64,000 bases of DNA. Origin: Lingula anatina (Eukaryota; Animalia; Brachiopoda). Positions 25,012 through 36,700 of this stretch are shown one piece after another. The position numbers and the translations under genes are program-made. The notes under the pieces were generated by a model. It saw nothing but the letters and a program-made list of their open reading frames with translations, was not told the origin of the DNA and ran no database searches. The stretch is from contig CM120644.1 of NCBI GenBank assembly GCA_051362555.1, forward strand, positions 10,250,067 to 10,314,066, read 5' to 3'. Positions within the stretch are counted from its first letter, which is position 1, and each line of letters starts with the position of its first letter.

Positions 25012-27140
25012 AGGGAACCGGAGAAGACTGATTGTGCCCGGAAGTGACGTGTAGTGGTGTTAGAAGCGAAGCTGAGTGGTCATTTTAACCTGGAGGTGAA
25101 CGGGAGAGAAGACGTGTAGTCGGAGGAAAAAGAAGTTTTCTAAACAACATGGTTAGATAACTCTCTTTTTTACGCATTTTGGGCAGAGAATACTTGTAGA
25201 AATAATAGATGCATGATATGAAAACGTGACACGGAACTTGAAGGTGCAAAATCGTGCTTAATTTGCGGTCAACTTGGTTTGAAATAAATGCTGCATCGAC
25301 CGCCAGCGCGACAAAGAGCGTAAAGGGAAAATAATTCCCGGGAGTCTATAAATCGTTGTCATGTGGAAATATGGCATTAATATAATCTGATATGTCCATA
25401 TCTAAGTATTTTGGGGTGTTTTATGGTATGGGCTGCAATTATTACGATGTTATAGAGGTCTTGAAGGACCTTATGAAAACCAGGAAGTAGTTCGTAACTA
25501 ACAACTGAATCGTACTGATCTCCGACTGCTGTGCAAAGCTGTATCTTTTTTCAATATTTTGACGAATTTTTAGATCTCTATATGTCCATCTGACATGAAA
25601 TTCCACACATATGATCACACTAACACACCTTTTACACCGTGGGAGGCGCTAATCAGTGACAAATGCCAAGACAAAGGTGACATTCTGACAGCCTCTTATC
25701 TGAGTTAAAAATCACTGACAAAAGAGACTGGCAATCAATTTTCTTCAGGCTGGCAATCATTAGCCTATAGAAATTGGTAATGTTACATCTTATCTACCTG
25801 TGAGAATCGTTTTACCAAATGGTGCTTTATAATACTTCATATGTGAATGCATTTATGTAACTAAAAACCTTCTTTTAAGGATACATGAGAAAATTTGATT
25901 GGAATATAAAATCCGAAAAACTTAACTCTAATTATGACAGTGTTTAAACAATTTCATCATTTTTTACACAAAAAATGTAGTAATTGTTTAATATAAATAT
26001 AACATTTACTATATATTAAATCAACAATAATCAAAACCCATGTAACTTATCAGAGCAAAACCATTACAAATGACAGAATATCTTTTTTCCTGTCACTAAG
26101 TATAGCCCCTCGCCACCATCCCCCTGAAAAATATATACCTGAAATAACTTCCCTAAATCACGCTTGATGCTCACTATCCACTACTTTTTCAGTTTTTCAT
26201 CTACTGGAAATGTATGGTAGGACAGCTTCCCATCTTGGGAAAGTGGGCCACTGGGGCAAAGAGGCACACAACAGTTCCTGAGACTATAAAATTAAAAGTA
26301 GCATAATAAGTACTGAACAATTAATAACAAATGAGCTACTGCACAGCAATCAATGTGCAAGTCAAGACCATTTTGACAGGTAATTAGCTGTAAGATGCCA
26401 TTAAATGCCAGTCGCGTACTTGTGATTTTTAGCTCAGATAAGAGGCTGTCAGAATGTCACCTTTGTCTTGGCATTTGTCACTGATTTATGCCTACCCCAG
26501 TGTAAAAGGTGTATTAGTGTGCTCATATGTGTGGAATTTCATATCAGATGGACAAATAAAGATCTAAAAATTCGTTAAAGTATTGAAAAAAAGATACAGC
26601 TTTGCACAGCAGTCGGAGATCGGTACGGTTCAGTCGTTAATTACGAACTACTTCCTGGTTTTAACAAGGTCCTTCAAGACCTCTATAACATCGTTATAAT
26701 TGCAGCCCATACCATAAAACACCCCAAAATACTTAGATATGGACATATCAGATTATATTAATGCCAAATTTCCACATGACAACGATTTATAGACTCCCGG
26801 GAATTATTTTCCCTTTACGCTCTTTGTCGCGCTGGCGGTCGATGCAGCATTCATTTCAAAACAAGTTGACCGCAAATTAAGCACGACTTTGCACCTTCAA
26901 GTTCCGTGTCACGTTTTCATATCATGCATCTATTATTTCTACAAGTATTCTCTGTCCAAAATGCGTAAAAAAAGAGAGTTATCTAACCATGTTGTTTAGA
27001 AAACGTTTTTTTCTTCCGACTACACGTCTTCTCTCCCGTTCACCTCCAGGTTAAAATGACCACTCAGCTTCGCTTCTTACACCATTTGACGTCACACTTC
27101 CGGCACAATTCTGACCAATGCCAATCTTCTCCGGTACCCT
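25012..27140. mobile_element. Non-autonomous element with ~720-bp inverted repeats, Kolobok-like ends
   Basis: 25012-~25735 is the near reverse complement of ~26407-27140. Ends TTAA|AGGG ... CCCT|TTAT. No internal ORF. Confidence 0.8.
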
Positions 27141-27960
27141 TTATTGTCGTGTAATTTGAAAGTAATCCTAGAGATGAATTTGACGGCAAAGCGGACATAT
27201 TTCCACGGGGCGATAGTACGCATGCGCAGAAAGCTTATTTTCCGGCAAATTCAATAACGACGTTTGCGACAACCGACTTCGTGGGGGGTCATTTTATTTT
27301 TTGGAGAACGGACGAAAGTCGGTGCGCGTGTAGGATGTCATCCATAAAAATAAAAAAAAATTGTGGACTAATAAAATATTTAATAATAACATTTAATAAT
27401 AACACCTGACCCAAAATGAATACGTAGTTGTAGAAACACCACTGCGTATTAAGGGCTGCTGTAGACTGTAAACAAACGTACCGTTGTTGCATTTAAGAAT
27501 ATTTTGGAGAGCTTTGCAGTTTTCCTCAATGAATTATTCTTTTACTTATTCTTTTGTATGCTTTTACAATTAAAATTGTAGTATTTTTTAAATAGAACTT
27601 TGACAGTTTTCAAGTAGTCTTAATATTGTACCTGCAAAAGTCGAAGACTTCAAAAATGTCTTAAGATTTTCGAAACACTCGTAAGCCAGCTTATTCTAAG
27701 AAACCAAAGATTTCACCTTGAAACTAACAAACTTTATTGTTCAAGAGGGGCACCTTTTTGTGTCAAATTATTCGTATTATCCTCATTTAATGTCTTTAGT
27801 TAGGCTCCAGTAATATTATACGGTATTTGTCAAAATAATTATAAATGATAGGCAAACTGTAGAAATAAGAGCAAAAATACTCGTTTTTCTTTCTGGAGAT
27901 TACTTGTTGAAGAAACTTATCAAAGAAAGTGAAGTTCGAATTCTGATTATTTGTTCGATT

Positions 27961-28017
27961 CTATAAAGCCGTTCTAACTTCACACATGACATTTCCGACA
28001 GCATCGCAGTTTAATTC
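27961..28017 (-). pseudogene. Orphan diverged C-type lectin tail
   Basis: Reads ELNCDAVGNVMCEVRTAL*, aligning with DQSCDASGNVICQVTASL* of the lectin exons. Confidence 0.75.
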
Positions 28018-28208
28018 TTATTTTAAACTTTTCCGAAAATTTAGTAAAAAGGAAAATGTATTCATTTTTTCTTGATGGGCTTTGTTGTCAAAAAGATATG
28101 ATCAAAGTGTATTACAAATTTTGAATATTGATTTGTGTACACATGTTAGTAAATAGATAATGAATGTCTACCGATCTTGTAACCTGATTATTTTTAAAAA
28201 GACCAATT

Positions 28209-28449
28209 CTATAAAGACGCTGTTACTTGACAAATGACATTTCCGCTGGCATCGCAGCTTTGGTCTTTCCACTTAACAAGAGGAAAGTTTTTAGTGTTTA
28301 TGGCCCCACAGCTCTTAGCGGCATTGGTTGGATCAGTTCCCCCTCCACTTCCATCCCAGTTTATGTATCCTAAAGACGTGCCATCTGTCCATTGCCAGCT
28401 ACCGGTGGTGAACTTCTCAAGTCCTATCCAGTGCAGGATTAACGATGAG
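28209..28449 (-). CDS. Gene B terminal exon: C-type lectin domain 2, second half, and stop
   Basis: Acceptor ttgcag|C (phase 2). SSLILHWIGLEKFTTGSWQWTDGTSLGYINWDGSGGGTDPTNAAKSCGAINTKNFPLVKWKDQSCDASGNVICQVTASL*; WIGL and W.W.DG motifs. ATTAAA at 28015-28010 and AATAAA near 27738-27733 downstream. Confidence 0.9.
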
Positions 28450-28574
28450 CTGCAATGATGTCACAAAAACACAATATTTCAAAAAAGAACTAAATAGAAT
28501 ATGAAGGGAAAATTCATTCTAAGCACTCTTTATAACTGGCGGAGAGAAACAAATTTAAAACGCATTTCGCTTAC

Positions 28575-28782
28575 CTGGTTGGAATAAGGCTTTCTGCCTT
28601 GTTTTGCTCGTCTTGGTTTAGTATAATGGCAAGAGTGGCCCCCGTCGCTTGTTGTGTACAAAAAGTACTGGCGGCGGCAAAGGTGATTCCAGTGTTGCCA
28701 TTAGGAGTAAAATAATTCAAACATTTTGTACCATCGTTTGTGCTGAACCAAAATTCTGTTCCTGGTGGTCCCAAAATGCATG
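28575..28782 (-). CDS. Gene B exon: C-type lectin domain 2, first half
   Basis: Acceptor tttgcag|CA, donor AG|gtaagc, 208 bp, phase 1-2. TCILGPPGTEFWFSTNDGTKCLNYF...TFAAASTFCTQQATGATLAIILNQDEQNKAESLIPT. Confidence 0.9.
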
Positions 28783-29026
28783 CTGCAAAAAAGGTGAAAT
28801 ACAATAAGCAAACTTACCAACTTACCAATTACTCATTGTAATAAGATCTTCAGGAGAATGAACCCGGTAAAAAAATAAGACAAAGGTCTCACTTAACCAT
28901 CTGACCAGCGAAAGTGTTCCAAGAGAAAAACAAATTCCGTATATCGACTAATCAGGTCAACAGTGCGTTGCTTCTCCAATATCTGCAATGAAAGGGAGTG
29001 TAAACATCCCTAAATTTTTTTCTTAC

Positions 29027-29408
29027 TTCTGATATCATCACAAGTTGTGCCGTCGCCGCTGAAACCAATGTGGCAGGTGCACGTGAAACTGCCCACGGTG
29101 TTGGTGCATGTGGCATTCTCAGCGCAATCATCTGTGGCTAAGGCACATTCGTCTACATCGGCACACGCTGTGCCGTCGCCGGTGAAACCAGCCAGGCAGG
29201 TGCAGGTGAAACTGCCCACGGTGTTGGCGCATGTGGCATTCTCAGCGCAATCATCTGTGGCTAGGGCACATTCATCTATATCATCACACGTTGTTCCGTT
29301 GCCGGTGAAACCAGCCAGGCAGGTGCAGGTGAAACCGTCCACAGTGTTCGAGCAAGTTGCATTTTCAGCACAAGTATTGGAGAAACATTGGTTTTCGAAC
29401 TGAGTGAC
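29027..29408 (-). CDS. Gene B exon: three EGF domains between the lectin domains
   Basis: Poly-T tract then taag|GTC (phase 0; alternative cag| at 29399); donor A|gtaaga (phase 1). VTQFENQCFSNTCAENATCSNTVDGFTC...DDIR. Confidence 0.8.
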
Positions 29409-29726
29409 CTTAGTTGGATTAAAAAAAAAATCAAATATAATTCAATATTGTGTTTCACATGTTTTTGAAAGTTAACTCCTGAAATTGGCTACATTAGTGT
29501 GCTAAATGTCAGTTTTAGCCAATATTTGTTGATAGTCACTTCCTGTAAAAATTATGAAAAAAATTTCCGACAATTTAGTATTCTCTTTTTCTAAATGGAC
29601 GTTGTTGTCAAAAATATGATCAAAGTGCATTACAAATTTAGAATATTGATTTGTGTACACATGTTAGTTAGTAGATAGTGAATGTCAACCGATCTTGTAA
29701 CCTCATTACTTTGAAAAAGACCAATT

Positions 29727-29967
29727 CTATAAAGGCGCTGTTACTTGACAAATGACATTTCCGCTGGCATCGCAGCTTTGGTCTTTCCACTTAACAAGAG
29801 GAAAATTTTTAGTGTTAATGGCCCCACAGCTCTTAGCGGCATTAGTTGGATCAGTTCCCCCTCCACTTCCATCCCAGTTTATGTATCCTAAAGACGTGCC
29901 ATCTGTCCATTGCCAGCTACCGGTGGTGAACTTCTCAAGTCCTATCCAGTGCAGTATTAACGATGAG
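29727..29967 (-). CDS. Gene B exon: C-type lectin domain 1, second half (stop at 29727-29729; possible internal donor after 29745)
   Basis: Near-identical copy of 28209-28449 ending CQVTAPL*; CAA|gtaaca is a candidate phase-0 donor. Confidence 0.85.
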
Positions 29968-30089
29968 CTGCAATGATGTCACAAAACACAATATTTAAAA
30001 AAAGAACTAAATAGAATATAAAGCGAAATCCATTCTAAGCACTCTTTATAAATGATGGAGAAAAACAAATTTCAAACGCATTTGCTTAC

Positions 30090-30297
30090 CTGGTTGGAAT
30101 AAGGCTTTCTGCCTTGTTTTGCTCGTCTTGGTTTAGTATAATGGCAAGAGTGGCCCCCGTCGCTTGTTGTGTACAAAAAGTACTGGCGGCGGCAAAGGTG
30201 ATTCCAGTGTTGCCATTAGGAGTAAAATAATTCAAACATTTTGTACCATCGTTTGTGCTGAACCAAAATTCTGTTCCTGGTGGTCCAACAATGCAAG
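30090..30297 (-). CDS. Gene B exon: C-type lectin domain 1, first half
   Basis: Acceptor tttgcag|CT, donor AG|gtaagc, 208 bp, phase 1-2; in frame with the giant exon donor. Confidence 0.9.
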
Positions 30298-30740
30298 CTG
30301 CAAAAAAGGTGAAAAACTACTTGGAAACTTAAAATGATTTCATTATATGAACACAATGTAGCTTCAATACAGTTGAAAAGACAGAAAAGTATCTCATGGC
30401 CACATTTAACCACGCTATTTCCAAAAAACTTTATATCCAGAATTGTTTGGATCATTTCAAGTGCTCATTTGTCAGAATTTCATGAAAGTAAAAAGTATTT
30501 AAGAAACAAGATATTAATTTTATTGTATGAACACAGTGTGACTAAAATGAAGTTAATAAGAATTTCAGTAGTGTTAACACGGAAGAAAAAAGACAAATGT
30601 CAGATTTTACCACCTGACAAAAGAAAAGTTCCATGAGAATAATAAGATTCAAATATCAAATATTCAAGTGTCCAGCAGCTGCAAAGAAAACGTGTGTAAA
30701 TATAGCTACAGAAAAAGATAAGTTATTTCAAAAGCCTTAC

Positions 30741-33700
30741 TTCTGATATCATCACAATTTGTGCCGTCGCCGCTGAAACCAACTAGACAGGTGCAGGTGA
30801 AACTGCCCACGGTGTTGGCGCATGTGGCATTCTCAGCGCAATCATCTGTGGCTAGGGCACATTCGTCTACATCGGCACACGCTGTGCCGTCGCCGGTGAA
30901 ACCAGCCAGGCAGGTGCAGGTGAAACTGCCCACGGTGTTGGCGCATGTGGCATTCTCAGCGCAATCATCTGTGGCTAGGGCACATTCGTCTACATCGGCA
31001 CACGCTGTGCCGTCGCCGGTGAAACCAGCCAGGCAGGTGCAGGTGAAACTGCCCACGGTGTTGGCGCATGTGGCATTCTCAGCGCAATCATCTGTGGCTA
31101 GGGCACATTCGTCTACATCGGCACACGCTGTGCCGTCGCCGGTGAAACCAGCCAGGCAGGTGCAGGTGAAACTGCCCACGGTGTTGGCGCATGTGGCATT
31201 CTCAGCGCAATCATCTGTGGCTAGGGCACATTCGTCTACATCGGCACACGCTGTGCCGTCGCCGGTGAAACCAGCCAGGCAGGTGCAGGTGAAACTGCCC
31301 ACGGTGTTGGCGCATGTGGCATTCTCAGCGCAATCATCTGTGGCTAGGGCACATTCGTCTACATCGGCACACGCTGTGCCGTCGCCGGTGAAACCAGCCA
31401 GGCAGGTGCAGGTGAAACTGCCCACGGTGTTGGCGCATGTGGCATTCTCAGCGCAATCATCTGTGGCTAGGGCACATTCGTCTACATCGGCACACGCTGT
31501 GCCGTCGCCGGTGAAACCAGCCAGGCAGGTGCAGGTGAAACTGCCCACGGTGTTGGCGCATGTGGCATTCTCAGCGCAATCATCTGTGGCTAGGGCACAT
31601 TCGTCTACATCGGCACACGCTGTGCCGTCGCCGGTGAAACCAGCCAGGCAGGTGCAGGTGAAACTGCCCACGGTGTTGGCGCATGTGGCATTCTCAGCGC
31701 AATCATCTGTGGCTAGGGCACATTCGTCTACATCGGCACACGCTGTGCCGTCGCCGGTGAAACCAGCCAGGCAGGTGCAGGTGAAACTGCCCACGGTGTT
31801 GGCGCATGTGGCATTCTCAGCGCAATCATCTGTGGCTAGGGCACATTCGTCTACATCGGCACACGCTGTGCCGTCGCCGGTGAAACCAGCCAGGCAGGTG
31901 CAGGTGAAACTGCCCACGGTGTTGGCGCATGTGGCATTCTCAGCGCAATCATCTGTGGCTAGGGCACATTCGTCTACATCGGCACACGCTGTGCCGTCGC
32001 CGGTGAAACCAGCCAGGCAGGTGCAGGTGAAACTGCCCACGGTGTTGGCGCATGTGGCATTCTCAGCGCAATCATCTGTGGCTAGGGCACATTCGTCTAC
32101 ATCGGCACACGCTGTGCCGTCGCCGGTGAAACCAGCCAGGCAGGTGCAGGTGAAACTGCCCACGGTGTTGGCGCATGTGGCATTCTCAGCGCAATCATCT
32201 GTGGCTAGGGCACATTCGTCTACATCGGCACACGCTGTGCCGTCGCCGGTGAAACCAGCCAGGCAGGTGCAGGTGAAACTGCCCACGGTGTTGGCGCATG
32301 TGGCATTCTCAGCGCAATCATCTGTGGCTAGGGCACATTCGTCTACATCGGCACACGCTGTGCCGTCGCCGGTGAAACCAGCCAGGCAGGTGCAGGTGAA
32401 ACTGCCCACGGTGTTGGCGCATGTGGCATTCTCAGCGCAATCATCTGTGGCTAGGGCACATTCGTCTACATCGGCACACGCTGTGCCGTCGCCGGTGAAA
32501 CCAGCCAGGCAGGTGCAGGTGAAACTGCCCACGGTGTTGGCGCATGTGGCATTCTCAGCGCAATCATCTGTGGCTAGGGCACATTCGTCTACATCGGCAC
32601 ACGCTGTGCCGTCGCCGGTGAAACCAGCCAGGCAGGTGCAGGTGAAACTGCCCACGGTGTTGGCGCATGTGGCATTCTCAGCGCAATCATCTGTGGCTAG
32701 GGCACATTCGTCTACATCGGCACACGCTGTGCCGTCGCCGGTGAAACCAGCCAGGCAGGTGCAGGTGAAACTGCCCACGGTGTTGGCGCATGTGGCATTC
32801 TCAGCGCAATCATCTGTGGCTAGGGCACATTCGTCTACATCGGCACACGCTGTGCCGTCGCCGGTGAAACCAGCCAGGCAGGTGCAGGTGAAACTGCCCA
32901 CGGTGTTGGCGCATGTGGCATTCTCAGCGCAATCATCTGTGGCTAGGGCACATTCGTCTACATCGGCACACGCTGTGCCGTCGCCGGTGAAACCAGCCAG
33001 GCAGGTGCAGGTGAAACTGCCCACGGTGTTGGCGCATGTGGCATTCTCAGCGCAATCATCTGTGGCTAGGGCACATTCGTCTACATCGGCACACGCTGTG
33101 CCGTCGCCGGTGAAACCAGCCAGGCAGGTGCAGGTGAAACTGCCCACGGTGTTGGCGCATGTGGCATTCTCAGCGCAATCATCTGTGGCTAGGGCACATT
33201 CGTCTACATCGGCACACGCTGTGCCGTCGCCGGTGAAACCAGCCAGGCAGGTGCAGGTGAAACTGCCCACGGTGTTGGCGCATGTGGCATTCTCAGCGCA
33301 ATCATCTGTGGCTAGGGCACATTCGTCTACATCGGCACACGCTGTGCCGTCGCCGGTGAAACCAGCCAGGCAGGTGCAGGTGAAACTGCCCACGGTGTTG
33401 GCGCATGTGGCATTCTCAGCGCAATCATCTGTGGCTAGGGCACATTCGTCTACATCGGCACACGCTGTGCCGTCGCCGGTGAAACCAGCCAGGCAGGTGC
33501 AGGTGAAACTGCCCACGGTGTTGGCGCATGTGGCATTCTCAGCGCAATCATCTGTGGCTAGGGCACATTCGTCTACATCGGCACACGCTGTGCCGTCGCC
33601 GGTGAAACCAGCCAGGCAGGTGCAGGTGAAACTGCCCACGGTGTTGGCGCATGTGGCATTCTCAGCGCAATCATCTGTGGCTAGGGCACATTCGTCTACA

Positions 33701-36700
33701 TCGGCACACGCTGTGCCGTCGCCGGTGAAACCAGCCAGGCAGGTGCAGGTGAAACTGCCCACGGTGTTGGCGCATGTGGCATTCTCAGCGCAATCATCTG
33801 TGGCTAGGGCACATTCGTCTACATCGGCACACGCTGTGCCGTCGCCGGTGAAACCAGCCAGGCAGGTGCAGGTGAAACTGCCCACGGTGTTGGCGCATGT
33901 GGCATTCTCAGCGCAATCATCTGTGGCTAGGGCACATTCGTCTACATCGGCACACGCTGTGCCGTCGCCGGTGAAACCAGCCAGGCAGGTGCAGGTGAAA
34001 CTGCCCACGGTGTTGGCGCATGTGGCATTCTCAGCGCAATCATCTGTGGCTAGGGCACATTCGTCTACATCGGCACACGCTGTGCCGTCGCCGGTGAAAC
34101 CAGCCAGGCAGGTGCAGGTGAAACTGCCCACGGTGTTGGCGCATGTGGCATTCTCAGCGCAATCATCTGTGGCTAGGGCACATTCGTCTACATCGGCACA
34201 CGCTGTGCCGTCGCCGGTGAAACCAGCCAGGCAGGTGCAGGTGAAACTGCCCACGGTGTTGGCGCATGTGGCATTCTCAGCGCAATCATCTGTGGCTAGG
34301 GCACATTCGTCTACATCGGCACACGCTGTGCCGTCGCCGGTGAAACCAGCCAGGCAGGTGCAGGTGAAACTGCCCACGGTGTTGGCGCATGTGGCATTCT
34401 CAGCGCAATCATCTGTGGCTAGGGCACATTCGTCTACATCGGCACACGCTGTGCCGTCGCCGGTGAAACCAGCCAGGCAGGTGCAGGTGAAACTGCCCAC
34501 GGTGTTGGCGCATGTGGCATTCTCAGCGCAATCATCTGTGGCTAGGGCACATTCGTCTACATCGGCACACGCTGTGCCGTCGCCGGTGAAACCAGCCAGG
34601 CAGGTGCAGGTGAAACTGCCCACGGTGTTGGCGCATGTGGCATTCTCAGCGCAATCATCTGTGGCTAGGGCACATTCGTCTACATCGGCACACGCTGTGC
34701 CGTCGCCGGTGAAACCAGCCAGGCAGGTGCAGGTGAAACTGCCCACGGTGTTGGCGCATGTGGCATTCTCAGCGCAATCATCTGTGGCTAGGGCACATTC
34801 GTCTACATCGGCACACGCTGTGCCGTCGCCGGTGAAACCAGCCAGGCAGGTGCAGGTGAAACTGCCCACGGTGTTGGCGCATGTGGCATTCTCAGCGCAA
34901 TCATCTGTGGCTAGGGCACATTCGTCTACATCGGCACACGCTGTGCCGTCGCCGGTGAAACCAGCCAGGCAGGTGCAGGTGAAACTGCCCACGGTGTTGG
35001 CGCATGTGGCATTCTCAGCGCAATCATCTGTGGCTAGGGCACATTCGTCTACATCGGCACACGCTGTGCCGTCGCCGGTGAAACCAGCCAGGCAGGTGCA
35101 GGTGAAACTGCCCACGGTGTTGGCGCATGTGGCATTCTCAGCGCAATCATCTGTGGCTAGGGCACATTCGTCTACATCGGCACACGCTGTGCCGTCGCCG
35201 GTGAAACCAGCCAGGCAGGTGCAGGTGAAACTGCCCACGGTGTTGGCGCATGTGGCATTCTCAGCGCAATCATCTGTGGCTAGGGCACATTCGTCTACAT
35301 CGGCACACGCTGTGCCGTCGCCGGTGAAACCAGCCAGGCAGGTGCAGGTGAAACTGCCCACGGTGTTGGCGCATGTGGCATTCTCAGCGCAATCATCTGT
35401 GGCTAGGGCACATTCGTCTACATCGGCACACGCTGTGCCGTCGCCGGTGAAACCAGCCAGGCAGGTGCAGGTGAAACTGCCCACGGTGTTGGCGCATGTG
35501 GCATTCTCAGCGCAATCATCTGTGGCTAGGGCACATTCGTCTACATCGGCACACGCTGTGCCGTCGCCGGTGAAACCAGCCAGGCAGGTGCAGGTGAAAC
35601 TGCCCACGGTGTTGGCGCATGTGGCATTCTCAGCGCAATCATCTGTGGCTAGGGCACATTCGTCTACATCGGCACACGCTGTGCCGTCGCCGGTGAAACC
35701 AGCCAGGCAGGTGCAGGTGAAACTGCCCACGGTGTTGGCGCATGTGGCATTCTCAGCGCAATCATCTGTGGCTAGGGCACATTCGTCTACATCGGCACAC
35801 GCTGTGCCGTCGCCGGTGAAACCAGCCAGGCAGGTGCAGGTGAAACTGCCCACGGTGTTGGCGCATGTGGCATTCTCAGCGCAATCATCTGTGGCTAGGG
35901 CACATTCGTCTACATCGGCACACGCTGTGCCGTCGCCGGTGAAACCAGCCAGGCAGGTGCAGGTGAAACTGCCCACGGTGTTGGCGCATGTGGCATTCTC
36001 AGCGCAATCATCTGTGGCTAGGGCACATTCGTCTACATCGGCACACGCTGTGCCGTCGCCGGTGAAACCAGCCAGGCAGGTGCAGGTGAAACTGCCCACG
36101 GTGTTGGCGCATGTGGCATTCTCAGCGCAATCATCTGTGGCTAGGGCACATTCGTCTACATCGGCACACGCTGTGCCGTCGCCGGTGAAACCAGCCAGGC
36201 AGGTGCAGGTGAAACTGCCCACGGTGTTGGCGCATGTGGCATTCTCAGCGCAATCATCTGTGGCTAGGGCACATTCGTCTACATCGGCACACGCTGTGCC
36301 GTCGCCGGTGAAACCAGCCAGGCAGGTGCAGGTGAAACTGCCCACGGTGTTGGCGCATGTGGCATTCTCAGCGCAATCATCTGTGGCTAGGGCACATTCG
36401 TCTACATCGGCACACGCTGTGCCGTCGCCGGTGAAACCAGCCAGGCAGGTGCAGGTGAAACTGCCCACGGTGTTGGCGCATGTGGCATTCTCAGCGCAAT
36501 CATCTGTGGCTAGGGCACATTCGTCTACATCGGCACACGCTGTGCCGTCGCCGGTGAAACCAGCCAGGCAGGTGCAGGTGAAACTGCCCACGGTGTTGGC
36601 GCATGTGGCATTCTCAGCGCAATCATCTGTGGCTAGGGCACATTCGTCTACATCGGCACACGCTGTGCCGTCGCCGGTGAAACCAGCCAGGCAGGTGCAG

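Noticed and set aside
9400-27500. Numerous 60-140 aa ORFs in intron 1 and the intergenic region
   Set aside because: No recognisable domains beyond the transposon fragments listed; consistent with chance ORFs in repeats.
13225-28208. Treating arrays A and B as exons of one gene
   Set aside because: Gene B ends in stop codons with polyadenylation signals, and gene A has its own ATG and signal-peptide exon.
28234-29976. + strand ORFs 28234-28458, 29047-29403 and 29752-29976
   Set aside because: Antisense to the lectin and EGF exons.
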